Of a stretch of DNA of 64,000 nt, positions 1 through 8,341 are shown piece by piece. The notes below the pieces were generated by a model. It saw only the letters and a list, made by a program, of their open reading frames with translations, ran no database searches and was not told where the DNA came from. The stretch's first letter is position 1, and the number at the start of each line of letters is the position of its first letter. The stretch covers positions 64,001 to 128,000 of IMG/VR virus record IMGVR_UViG_3300031772_000002; one strand, written 5' to 3'. The DNA comes from a virus. Made by a program: the position numbers and the translations under genes.

Positions 1-168
1 TATTACTGCATTATTTTTATTGCCATATTGTTCATTAACTATTGGCATATCATTAAAAATTTTTTCAAATTTGTTTATTTTATCTTTAATTTCTTTTTCT
101 TTTTCTCTTTTTTCTAATTCTTCAATTTGTTGTTTACAAACAAATTGATAAAAAATTTTTGGTATCAT
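1..168 (-). CDS. hypothetical protein (partial, runs off window start)
   Basis: Manual translation MIPKIFYQFVCKQQIEELEKREKEKEIKDK... open to position 1; AAGGA RBS upstream on minus strand. Confidence 0.55.
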   Translation of the reverse strand, partial: MIPKIFYQFVCKQQIEELEKREKEKEIKDKINKFEKIFNDMPIVNEQYGNKNNAVI

Positions 169-460
169 ATAATTTTCCTTATTCTTTTTTATTTTAAGAT
201 GCGCCGGTTCAGTAAGTATATTTTAATATGAATTTTTTGTAAATTATTATTTTTTTTTTACGAGATTTATTTTTTTTTACGATTTTTCTTACTAATTTTA
301 TTTATTTGGTTTATATCAAATGAATTTGAATTTTGATAATAAGAATCATTTCTAAATATTTCTTTCGACATAGATGTCATTGTCATTGTTAATAAAAATG
401 CTAAATTTTTTTTCATTCACTTTGTCCCTATTCTTATTATAACTAAAAATTTGTTAAAAA

Positions 461-613
461 TTATTTTAATTTTTTTGCCAATATAATAAGCAATATTATT
501 ATTATAATAATGCCTATTATTCCAATATAGCATGTTATTTCAACAGTTCCCCAAAGTAAGCGTTCCCAAGATATTATTTTAAATGGACTCCAGTCTAATG
601 TTATTATTATCAT
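461..613 (-). CDS. small predicted membrane peptide (50 aa)
   Basis: Manual translation MIIITLDWSPFKIISWERLLWGTVEITCYIGIIGIIIIIILLIILAKKLK*; AAGGA RBS. Confidence 0.45.
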   Translation of the reverse strand: MIIITLDWSPFKIISWERLLWGTVEITCYIGIIGIIIIIILLIILAKKLK

Positions 614-654
614 AATTTTTGTCCTTAAAAATTTTAATATTAATTAAAAAAAAA

Positions 655-797
655 GAAATTAATAATCCGAATTTGCCCTGTAACAATTGGCCTGTTATTA
701 ATTTCAAAAAAAACTACGCAAGAGTTTTTTTTAATTCAATATTGTAATAACAATATTTATTGTTATTACAATATAAGGAATGGCAAACGCCATTCCT
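655..797. other. cluster of four tandem inverted repeats/hairpins including a 36-bp near-perfect palindrome (739-774)
   Basis: Stems 655-665/695-705, 706-715/723-732, 739-755/758-774, 776-784/789-797. Confidence 0.75.
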
Positions 798-804
798 AAA
801 ATCC

Positions 805-960
805 TTAACATAACTCTTCAACAGAGGCCATTTCTTTGGCCTTAAAAGCCAAATAATTTGAAATCATTAAGGCAAATGAGTTGACAGTTTTCTCAAACTC
901 CTCAACCAGATCTTCCATTTCAGCCACTAACTCTCTTAACAAATCAATTTGATTTTTCAT
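805..960 (-). CDS. small acidic helical protein (51 aa)
   Basis: MKNQIDLLRELVAEMEDLVEEFEKTVNSFALMISNYLAFKAKEMASVEELC*; GGGGGA RBS; promoter motif at 1000-1027 upstream; not in ORF track. Confidence 0.7.
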   Translation of the reverse strand: MKNQIDLLRELVAEMEDLVEEFEKTVNSFALMISNYLAFKAKEMASVEELC

Positions 961-999
961 AAATCCCCCAAGTTTAGAGTTAATTTAGCATACACTGTA

Positions 1000-1027
1000 G
1001 TTATACCATGTTTTTGACAATAATAAC
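1000..1027 (-). promoter_or_regulatory. conserved phage promoter motif copy 1 (GTTATT-N13-TGGTATAAC)
   Basis: Same bipartite motif with 13-nt spacer at five sites upstream of minus-strand genes. Confidence 0.7.
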
Positions 1028-1084
1028 ATACAATGTTAACATTCTTAATATTATGAAAATCAAAATTTTAATTATAGTGATAGC

Positions 1085-1109
1085 AAAAAAAATGGGTATT
1101 AAACCCATT
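1085..1109 (-). terminator. intrinsic terminator after pilin-like operon
   Basis: AATGGGT/ACCCATT stem followed by T-tract on minus strand, just after stop of 1124..2551. Confidence 0.6.
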
Positions 1110-1123
1110 CTAAAACGATGTAC

Positions 1124-2551
1124 TTACATCATTTTATTGCTCCACGAACTCGCTCTGAACGAGTTCATGAATCTATCCGCTCCCGCACGAGCGGACATTT
1201 CCTTGTCCAGAACTCTCGCCACAGGGATTCCAGGGGCCGAGATGGTACCGTTAACCAACCTTGGATCGGCGTTGTATATTGGAATAAGGCCGCCATCTCC
1301 GGTGGCACTTCCATAAGTGCTCGCAGGAGCTCTCATGGAAGTACCACCGTACAAGGAGATGTTCCTTGTATAAGACCCAGAAACATTCCTATAATGACCC
1401 TGAAACATAACCCTGAGAGTGTCCTGTGCAAATAAATAGCCATACACACGATTGTCAGCACTATTATCTTTGAAGTCATAGTTGCTGACAAGAGACGAAT
1501 CGAGAATGGAAATGTCACCCCCTGACACTAATGCTAAGGCATCTCTTGATTTTGTAAGATCTAATTCTTTATATAAGATCTTCCCTATAATGACGATGTC
1601 CTTTCTTGTTGTCACTATAGTGAGTCTCCCCTCAAGAATTCCATACACCAATACTATTTGGTTAGTTTTTACAATGGGATTTTGTAAAATCGAAACATTA
1701 GAGACCCATGTCTGCCATGTTTTCCCAAGAATTGACTTTCTCCTTAGATCGAAAACCTTATTCTTTAATACTATCATGACGGAATCAAATCCGTCAGCGA
1801 TACTATAATTGTAAGTAGTACCGGAAAAAGACGCAGGAGTCACATTTTGTACATCGATTTTATTGACGAATTCATAGTTTGGAAACCTCTCTTCGAACCA
1901 ATTGGCTGGTGGCTTGTCTGAAGCAGACTTATCAAAACGTGTAATTCCGTTTTGATAAATGACAGGGTAATTAACCCTATCAACTTGAGTTAGTGAGGCT
2001 GGAGGTTTTAGGAACCTCCTTGCAGAAGTAAGAAGCCCAGTTACATGGGCGCCACCACCCATAAAACTAGCGACTCTTACATTGCCGTTTGTATGGTAAT
2101 CGCCATTAATTATTTTTGATACCCACAACGACGCTGCGGTTCCAGTATCGTTCTCAAACAAAGTCCAGTACTGCATGCTTTTAAAATTGGTTATAATTTC
2201 AGAAGAATTTATAATAGTAGAATTTGGAAGTAAACAAGTAGACAAAATGCTCTCTGAATAGAGAGGATCAGATATTTCTGTCCCCACTATACTCACAGAC
2301 GGAGTAAGTCCATTAACATCTCCTAAGCTTAGGATTGTACAGTCAATTGATCCACCCGTTTGAACCAATGATAAATAGCGGAATCCAACATTAACACCTG
2401 CTTCATTTGCCCAGAAACTTTTAATGGAATCTGCCGTTCTTTTATTTCTATCGCTATCGATAGAAATAAATTTCACGAACCCTGTGCAAAGTATCAAAAT
2501 CATTGCAGAAAAGACAGTAAAGAAAATTAAAGTACTTCCTTTATTATTCAT
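1124..2551 (-). CDS. PilX/GspK-like minor pilin (class III signal peptide, large C-terminal beta domain)
   Basis: MNNKG|STLIFFTVFSAMILIL: basic leader, G cleavage site, hydrophobic helix without E5, then FWANEAGV motif typical of PilX N-termini. Confidence 0.65.
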   Translation of the reverse strand: MNNKGSTLIFFTVFSAMILILCTGFVKFISIDSDRNKRTADSIKSFWANEAGVNVGFRYLSLVQTGGSIDCTILSLGDVNGLTPSVSIVGTEISDPLYSESILSTCLLPNSTIINSSEIITNFKSMQYWTLFENDTGTAASLWVSKIINGDYHTNGNVRVASFMGGGAHVTGLLTSARRFLKPPASLTQVDRVNYPVIYQNGITRFDKSASDKPPANWFEERFPNYEFVNKIDVQNVTPASFSGTTYNYSIADGFDSVMIVLKNKVFDLRRKSILGKTWQTWVSNVSILQNPIVKTNQIVLVYGILEGRLTIVTTRKDIVIIGKILYKELDLTKSRDALALVSGGDISILDSSLVSNYDFKDNSADNRVYGYLFAQDTLRVMFQGHYRNVSGSYTRNISLYGGTSMRAPASTYGSATGDGGLIPIYNADPRLVNGTISAPGIPVARVLDKEMSARAGADRFMNSFRASSWSNKMM

Positions 2552-2561
2552 AAATACTCCT

Positions 2562-2966
2562 TTAAATTTTGTATGTTATCACAGTTGTCAGATCAATCGA
2601 AGTCAACTGTGGTTGATTGTAGTCAATAGTCACTTTTATTTTCTTGCTAGGAACTATTATAGATCCCTCGACATAATCTATTGAAGTTACCTCTACTCTA
2701 ATAGAAGAACTCTTCAGATTTCTCCATATCTGTTTGTTTGGAATTATAACAACCCCTACGTTCAAATTAAGATATGCCGGTCCCGGAGCATACTTAGGCT
2801 GTTCCAAAATAGACTGGGCAAGTTTGTAGGCTTTCGCCTCAAACATCATCCTCTTGTTTACAAGAGACCCACCACCTACAATTGTAATTATTGCCATGCA
2901 TGTAATCATGGCAATGGTCAGAGAAACCATTAATTCAATTAAAGTAAAACCTTTATTGTTTTTCAT
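2562..2966 (-). CDS. prepilin-type N-terminal cleavage/methylation protein (PilV-like minor pilin)
   Basis: MKNNKG|FTLIELMVSLTI canonical GFTLIE motif; AGGAG RBS. Confidence 0.85.
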   Translation of the reverse strand: MKNNKGFTLIELMVSLTIAMITCMAIITIVGGGSLVNKRMMFEAKAYKLAQSILEQPKYAPGPAYLNLNVGVVIIPNKQIWRNLKSSSIRVEVTSIDYVEGSIIVPSKKIKVTIDYNQPQLTSIDLTTVITYKI

Positions 2967-3023
2967 AAAAACTCCTTAAATCTGTGAGGAAAATATTGAA
3001 CAATCATTCAATTGTTCATTATA

Positions 3024-3051
3024 GTTATACCAGATAATAACGGTTAATAAC
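3024..3051 (-). promoter_or_regulatory. conserved phage promoter motif copy 2
   Basis: GTTATT-AACCGTTATTATC-TGGTATAACTATAAT on minus strand. Confidence 0.7.
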
Positions 3052-3085
3052 TAAAAAAAAGCGTATTTGTTAATACGCTTTTAAA
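3034..3085 (-). repeat. 52-bp terminator+promoter module, copy A (copy B 4879-4930)
   Basis: One mismatch between copies; AAAAGCGTATT/AATACGCTTTT hairpin with T8 tract on minus strand. Confidence 0.85.
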
Positions 3086-3111
3086 CATAATTATTCGTTG
3101 TCAATAAAATT

Positions 3112-3339
3112 TTAATAAATTATAAATTTATACTTCTTTTTTTTCAATATTTTTGCTTTAACAATACATACAGAAAATTTACTAAATTTTTTTTTACTAC
3201 CTGTATATATAGGATCAGAAAAGATGCAATCTTCATAAGTTAAATTTAAAACATTAATACAAAAATATTCTACAACAGATTGTATTTCAGTAGTAAATCT
3301 AAAAATATTTTTATTTTTAGGTATTATTAAATCGATCAT
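3112..3339 (-). CDS. hypothetical protein
   Basis: 75-aa ORF with GGGGA RBS. Confidence 0.6.
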   Translation of the reverse strand: MIDLIIPKNKNIFRFTTEIQSVVEYFCINVLNLTYEDCIFSDPIYTGSKKKFSKFSVCIVKAKILKKKKYKFIIY

Positions 3340-3366
3340 AGCATCCCCTTAATTTAACTATTTTTA

Positions 3367-3582
3367 TTATACAACTTCAAACCAATGATATTTAGTTTTC
3401 ATTGGTATATAATTTTTAGGTGATTTTTTTCCACATGATTTACAAATCTTATTTGGAATAACATTGATATGAAAATTATCATCATCGTATCCATAACTTT
3501 CTTCTTTTTCACCACAATGTTCACATATATAAATTGCATTAAAATCTCTTCTCAGTATATTTATAATTTTTTCTATCTTCAT
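3367..3582 (-). CDS. small zinc-ribbon protein
   Basis: CEHC...CKSC cysteine pairs; AGGA RBS. Confidence 0.7.
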   Translation of the reverse strand: MKIEKIINILRRDFNAIYICEHCGEKEESYGYDDDNFHINVIPNKICKSCGKKSPKNYIPMKTKYHWFEVV

Positions 3583-3623
3583 TTAAAACATATTCCTTTG
3601 TTATAAATTAGTATATTAATAAT

Positions 3624-3899
3624 ATGATAATTATGATACTTGTTGTTATATTTTTATCTATTTTAATAATATTATTATTATTTAGTTATAATAATAGATC
3701 AATTAAAAAGGTAGAGAAATTTCTTATTTTATATAATATAAAATATAAAAAATGGTATGATATGAATAAAAAAGAACTTGTAATCACACCACTTGTAGAT
3801 CATTTTATTTTTGATTATTATGGAGAATTTAAACATGTTGAATTTAATGAAATTGATTTAGATGAAGAGTCTTTTAATAAAATTAAATTGATTAATTAA
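3624..3899 (+). CDS. hypothetical membrane-anchored protein
   Basis: N-terminal hydrophobic helix; fills gap between minus-strand genes. Confidence 0.45.
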   Translation: MIIMILVVIFLSILIILLLFSYNNRSIKKVEKFLILYNIKYKKWYDMNKKELVITPLVDHFIFDYYGEFKHVEFNEIDLDEESFNKIKLIN

Positions 3900-4419
3900 T
3901 ATTTCTAATTATTTCTTCAATTTTATATAATGTATTTTTTTCAATTATCATATTTTTTCTATTTTGATAATACCATGGTTTGATATCAAGTTTACCATTT
4001 ATTGAAAGGCCAGCCCCAATCCAATCTGCAATCATTTCCTTTATATATAATTTAGGAATTGGAATTGAATTTAATCCTCCACTGTCTTTTACTATTACCC
4101 AATAATTCCAATGATGTTTGTTATTTTTTTGATGATGCCACCATGCTTTATCAAACAGTAATATTTGTTTTTCCGAAAGACTTTGTGAATTTTTTCTTTG
4201 TAATCCGTTTGGATAATAAAATCTATTAGCATAAGGAAAAAATTCTGATGGAAGAAATTTACTCCAATCATGAATAATTCCTAGCCATAATGGGCATTTT
4301 GTAATTTTACACGCTTTAAGTACAAATAATTTATGTTTTATTAAATATATAAAATAGTTAATATATTGTTTCATTTTTTTTCCTTTGTTAATAGTTTTTA
4401 ATGTTATATATTGGTACAA
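3892..4419 (-). CDS. DUF5662-like HD-related protein (likely start 4374)
   Basis: HK..V, HDWSKF, WWHHQKNNKHHWNYW, EMIADW motifs. Confidence 0.75.
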   Translation of the reverse strand: MYQYITLKTINKGKKMKQYINYFIYLIKHKLFVLKACKITKCPLWLGIIHDWSKFLPSEFFPYANRFYYPNGLQRKNSQSLSEKQILLFDKAWWHHQKNNKHHWNYWVIVKDSGGLNSIPIPKLYIKEMIADWIGAGLSINGKLDIKPWYYQNRKNMIIEKNTLYKIEEIIRNIN

Positions 4420-4661
4420 TATGGCCCTTTATTGAATGTACTAAAATTAATATTTATAACATTTACATTCTTTATTACTTGTTCTAAACTTCCATTTGCT
4501 TGAAAATACTCTAATTCATTATCAATATAATCTTTAACATTTTTAGGATTAGTTTCAACATCACCATCTAATATCAATAATTCTAATTTAGAATCATTAA
4601 CATTTGAAATTGCACTTTGAATAATTCCATCCTTAATAAATAAAATCAATTTAATTTTCAT
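4404..4661 (-). CDS. hypothetical protein
   Basis: 85-aa ORF, AGGAG RBS. Confidence 0.65.
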   Translation of the reverse strand: MKIKLILFIKDGIIQSAISNVNDSKLELLILDGDVETNPKNVKDYIDNELEYFQANGSLEQVIKNVNVININFSTFNKGPYCTNI

Positions 4662-4689
4662 AAATCTCCTTTTATAAATAAAAAATAGA

Positions 4690-4785
4690 TTAGTGGAAGA
4701 GGTTTAATTTATCTGGCGGTCATTCACCCAGATATGCAATAGTTTAAATAATGACCACTATTGTTTTGCTATATACTTTCACTAA
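4690..4785. ncRNA. candidate structured RNA: three-way junction with 7-bp kissing loops
   Basis: P1 4690-4699/4776-4785, P2 4710-4716/4728-4734, P3 4736-4743/4757-4764; loops GGTCATT (4718-4724) and AATGACC (4750-4756) are complementary. Confidence 0.55.
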
Positions 4786-4867
4786 CCATTGATGGATATT
4801 AAGTAAACTATCCATAATTATTATTTCAGTTATTTATTAATAATAACAAATTAATTTAAAAAATCTT

Positions 4868-4896
4868 TATATAACCAAATAATAACTGTTAATAAC
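4868..4896 (-). promoter_or_regulatory. conserved phage promoter motif copy 3 (variant)
   Basis: GTTATT-N13-TGGTTATATA. Confidence 0.55.
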
Positions 4897-4930
4897 TAAA
4901 AAAAAGCGTATTTGTTAATACGCTTTTAAA
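4879..4930 (-). terminator. 52-bp terminator+promoter module, copy B
   Basis: Near-identical to 3034-3085; follows stop of 4955..5434. Confidence 0.8.
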
Positions 4931-4954
4931 TTTATTATTAATAAATAAACAATT

Positions 4955-5434
4955 TTATTTTATTTTAAATGGCGGTAAAATAAAATCATTCTTATTAAAT
5001 AATATTTTATCTAGTCTACTTTTTAATAATATAGAAGAATGGTCCTTATCATATTTATCTACAATTTTTTTAATTTGATAATTAAATATTAATACTTCTG
5101 TATTAACAGAACATATATAAGTAACTGGTTTTTTAATTTTAGGATTCCAAAATGAACTATAATTATCATATATTCCACCACCATCTTGATAATGCTGATA
5201 ACTCATTTTATTTTTTATACAAAATAAGCATAAATTATCACACATTGCATAGTTACTAACTCCACACCAATTTATTGGTTTATTATTTTTAATTAAATCA
5301 TAAAGTTCTTTTGAATTAACAGGTCCTGATTCAATATTTATAATATCAGATTTTAATGTATTAAGAAAATCATTAACTTTTATAGCTGATAATATTCCAC
5401 CAATTTTAATCGATAAATTTAAATGTTCACTCAT
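4955..5434 (-). CDS. hypothetical protein
   Basis: 159-aa ORF translationally coupled (ATGA overlap) to upstream gene. Confidence 0.7.
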   Translation of the reverse strand: MSEHLNLSIKIGGILSAIKVNDFLNTLKSDIINIESGPVNSKELYDLIKNNKPINWCGVSNYAMCDNLCLFCIKNKMSYQHYQDGGGIYDNYSSFWNPKIKKPVTYICSVNTEVLIFNYQIKKIVDKYDKDHSSILLKSRLDKILFNKNDFILPPFKIK

Positions 5435-5847
5435 ATAACTATGCCATCATTTTGATTTTCTTCTTCGCATTCTTTTTTTTCTTCTATTTCTTTTGGTAAG
5501 CCCAATTTATCCCATACCTCATCTTCAACAAAAGCTGCTCTTTTATCTTTAATAGAATCACCAAATATTTTTTCTGCAGCATCGACCTTTATAACTACTA
5601 TTTTTCCTGTTCTATATGGATTTTCTTGATCTGTTTTATTTTCTACTGAAATAAGCATAACGCCCATATTCATATATTCTTTACATTTATCACATGGCTC
5701 TTTATTCCAAACAGCTTTACGTGGAGCTTCAATATCTCCTTTTAACATTCCAGGAATAATGATTTCATTTTTATCACCCCCACATAGGAAACACACTGAC
5801 ATTGAAGGATTCAATCCATATTTTTTACTTATTCTAATTTTTTTCAT
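5431..5847 (-). CDS. phage protein with CxxC pairs
   Basis: GLNPSMSVCFLCG and EPCDKC; GGAGG RBS. Confidence 0.75.
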   Translation of the reverse strand: MKKIRISKKYGLNPSMSVCFLCGGDKNEIIIPGMLKGDIEAPRKAVWNKEPCDKCKEYMNMGVMLISVENKTDQENPYRTGKIVVIKVDAAEKIFGDSIKDKRAAFVEDEVWDKLGLPKEIEEKKECEEENQNDGIVI

Positions 5848-5883
5848 TAAACCTCCGTTTAAATTAAAAAAAACTAATGATTT

Positions 5884-6132
5884 TTATTTTTGATTTGAAA
5901 TTATTAAGTCTAACTTTTTGTTTATTACTTGTAATAATTCAAGATTTAGTTTTGAAATTTCAATAACAATTTCATTTTGTTTACCAATAAGTTTATTTTG
6001 TTTACTAAGCATTTCTATTATAAAATTTAAGTTTTTATTAATAAGATTTTCTATTTCTATCGACATAATTGTTTTATTATCCTTGGTTAAATTTTTAATT
6101 AAATTCCTGTACCTTGGCATGAAGGACAGCAT
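5884..6132 (-). CDS. hypothetical coiled-coil protein (likely start near 6066)
   Basis: ORF in minus-strand gene string. Confidence 0.45.
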   Translation of the reverse strand: MLSFMPRYRNLIKNLTKDNKTIMSIEIENLINKNLNFIIEMLSKQNKLIGKQNEIVIEISKLNLELLQVINKKLDLIISNQK

Positions 6133-6404
6133 ACATCCGCTCCTTGATTTGATAATATCCCAGATCCTTTACATCTAGGGCATACACTGTTAGGAAGTGG
6201 GCACTCTTTAGGTATTGATTTTGAAATTTTTAATTCTTTATTTTCTTTAAATAGTTTTCTCATTTTAACATGTCTACATAATTTTTGATCATTTGAAACA
6301 TGTCCACAATCAAAACAACTAGTAATTTTTTTTCCTTCATAAATTTTTACCATATTATTAAAATCCTTTCTTAAAAAAAATAAATTTAAATAGGAAGGCG
6401 CCAT
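6099..6404 (-). CDS. small Cys-rich zinc-binding protein (likely start 6353)
   Basis: CFDC, CPL, CPRCKGSG, CPSCQGTG (DnaJ-type CxxCxGxG). Confidence 0.65.
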   Translation of the reverse strand: MAPSYLNLFFLRKDFNNMVKIYEGKKITSCFDCGHVSNDQKLCRHVKMRKLFKENKELKISKSIPKECPLPNSVCPRCKGSGILSNQGADVCCPSCQGTGI

Positions 6405-6613
6405 TTAATATCATGAAAAACTATTTTTAAATAATTTTTTTTAGATAAAAATGGAATTTTGTATATATAACCTATTTCAATATCCCACCAATAATGCCAA
6501 GCTAATAGTTCTCCGCAATCGGAGCATTTTAACCATTTGCGTTGATTAAATAACAATTTTTTTATTTTTTGTTTAAATTGTACATATTTTATCATTCTTG
6601 CTACACCTTCCAT
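6386..6613 (-). CDS. hypothetical protein
   Basis: ORF with CSDCG in overlapping gene string. Confidence 0.5.
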   Translation of the reverse strand: MEGVARMIKYVQFKQKIKKLLFNQRKWLKCSDCGELLAWHYWWDIEIGYIYKIPFLSKKNYLKIVFHDIKWRLPI

Positions 6614-6767
6614 TTATCGTTTTTGATAAACAATCTTTTTGTTTATCACATGTAGGCATATTAATAGTTTCATTAATTAAAGAACAGTATTCGGCAGTGT
6701 CTTTATGGCGACATTTGTTGTATTGAATACATTTAACGTCAGTGCATTTCATAAAAACCTCCAACAT
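6573..6767 (-). CDS. small Cys-rich protein (likely start 6752)
   Basis: 8 Cys; GGAGG RBS before MKCTD. Confidence 0.55.
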   Translation of the reverse strand: MLEVFMKCTDVKCIQYNKCRHKDTAEYCSLINETINMPTCDKQKDCLSKTINGRCSKNDKICTI

Positions 6768-6776
6768 TAATTTTAT

Positions 6777-7112
6777 TTAAAAAGAATAATCATAATATTC
6801 ATTTCTATATCCTATTGAAAGATAGGAGCCACCTTTTGATTTCCAACCATTTTTAGTTAGTCTAAATATTTTTTTTTCATTATTTGTATTTACAAAATAT
6901 TTATATTCTTGAACTTCAGATATTCCGTTATTATCGGTACGAACAGAGTCATCGTATTGAAAAACAATTTTATTTTTTAAAACTTCAACTATAGTTCCGG
7001 CTCTTCTGTCCGTATAAAGACATTCGGTTGCCCCTGTATTGATTTCAATTTTTTTAGGAAATTTTTCAGTTAATATAACATTAACTAAAGATCCGGCATT
7101 TTTTAAATTCAT
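6777..7112 (-). CDS. phage hypothetical protein
   Basis: GATECLYTDRRAGTIVEV...IGYRNEYYDYSF; AGGAG RBS. Confidence 0.75.
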   Translation of the reverse strand: MNLKNAGSLVNVILTEKFPKKIEINTGATECLYTDRRAGTIVEVLKNKIVFQYDDSVRTDNNGISEVQEYKYFVNTNNEKKIFRLTKNGWKSKGGSYLSIGYRNEYYDYSF

Positions 7113-7148
7113 TACATCTCCTTTAAAAAGTAAATAATGTATATATTA

Positions 7149-7176
7149 ATTATGTCATATTTTTTAAAAGAATAAC
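7149..7176 (-). promoter_or_regulatory. conserved phage promoter motif copy 4 (variant)
   Basis: GTTATT-N13-TGACATAAT. Confidence 0.55.
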
Positions 7177-7192
7177 ATTATTATTAATATAA

Positions 7193-7221
7193 TTGCATTT
7201 TTAATAGAAATCAATTATATT
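7193..7221 (+). promoter_or_regulatory. sigma70-like promoter
   Basis: TTGCAT-17nt-TATATT upstream of 7251. Confidence 0.45.
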
Positions 7222-7250
7222 TCTATATAAAATCTATAAAAGGAGGAAGT

Positions 7251-8042
7251 GTGATTGAACAAAAACCAAAACCATCAGGTGTATTTTCAAAACCAAATAT
7301 TCAATTATCTAATTCTGAACAACCAAGTAATTTAAAATCAGAATCAGAAATAAAAAAAGTTGATTTTAAAGAACCGTCACTTAATAACGAAACAAGTAAA
7401 TCAATAATTAATAAAACCGATACGACATCTGAAGATAATAAAACTTATGACGATATCGAAAAAATAAATAAAAATTTCGATAAAGGTTTGGATGATTCGT
7501 TGTATGATGATATTGATGTTAATTCCGATGATCTTAAAATAGCGGAAAAAATTTTATTTGATGGATATGCCGAAACTGATGTTTCTATTGCTAATTTTCC
7601 TGATAATAAATTTACAATATGTTCTACAAGTGCAGAAGAGATAGATTTGATACAAGAAATAATATTTGATATTTGTAAAGAACATGAAACTAATGATGAT
7701 AGGATAGACATGCCTCAAACAAATATACGAGCTATGAATAATGCTTTATTTATAGCGATATCATATAGAGGAATGAATAAAAAAGAGTTATGTGAAAATC
7801 CTATAGAACATTTAAATACTATTAAAAAAGCTATTATTAAAGTTGATTCATTTATTAATGATGGCAATATAAAAGCTGCCAAAGAATTAAAAGATAGTTT
7901 AAAAAAATCATTACGAAATAGAGTTTCTAAAGTAAGAAGACTTTCTACCCCTGTCATTGATTTTATTTCTAATGAAAAAAATAAATTTGATAAAAAAATA
8001 TCTAAAATATTTTCAATGAAGAATATTATCCCAAAATCATAG
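7251..8042 (+). CDS. putative tail assembly chaperone (gpG-like short form)
   Basis: AGGAGG RBS; ends at slippery C CCA AAA just before TAG; upstream of tape-measure-like gene. Confidence 0.6.
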   Translation: MIEQKPKPSGVFSKPNIQLSNSEQPSNLKSESEIKKVDFKEPSLNNETSKSIINKTDTTSEDNKTYDDIEKINKNFDKGLDDSLYDDIDVNSDDLKIAEKILFDGYAETDVSIANFPDNKFTICSTSAEEIDLIQEIIFDICKEHETNDDRIDMPQTNIRAMNNALFIAISYRGMNKKELCENPIEHLNTIKKAIIKVDSFINDGNIKAAKELKDSLKKSLRNRVSKVRRLSTPVIDFISNEKNKFDKKISKIFSMKNIIPKS

Positions 8043-8332
8043 GGACCGGAACAGGCGCAGCTCGTGCATATTTTTTATTTAAAGGTTTAAAATTTGAATA
8101 TGATTCGATATTAGAAAGTATAGCTATATCAGTTTACTCAAGAGAAAAACAAATTCAATATATGGCTCCTTTATTTTCTATAGCCGGTCCAGATGATAAA
8201 ATGCGCCTAATGAATTCATATCATAGTTGTGTATTTCCTGAAGATAAATTTAACGATGAGTTGTATTTAAAGAAAGTCAAAAGCACAATGGAAAGATTGC
8301 GCAATATAGAATTTGTAGTTAAACCAATTTAA
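8030..8332 (+). CDS. -1 frameshift extension of 7251 gene (gpGT-like)
   Basis: 100-codon open frame without own start/RBS: PKIIGTGTGAARAYFLFKGLKFEYDS...EFVVKPI*, entered at XXXYYYZ heptamer 8030-8036. Confidence 0.7.
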   Translation, partial: PKIIGTGTGAARAYFLFKGLKFEYDSILESIAISVYSREKQIQYMAPLFSIAGPDDKMRLMNSYHSCVFPEDKFNDELYLKKVKSTMERLRNIEFVVKPI

Positions 8333-8341
8333 AGGAGGCAT

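Noticed and set aside
1008-2684. Plus-strand ORFs 1008, 1118, 1482 and 2424
   Set aside because: Antisense shadows of the pilin-like genes, with no RBS or motifs; the same applies to the short antisense ORFs inside the large structural genes
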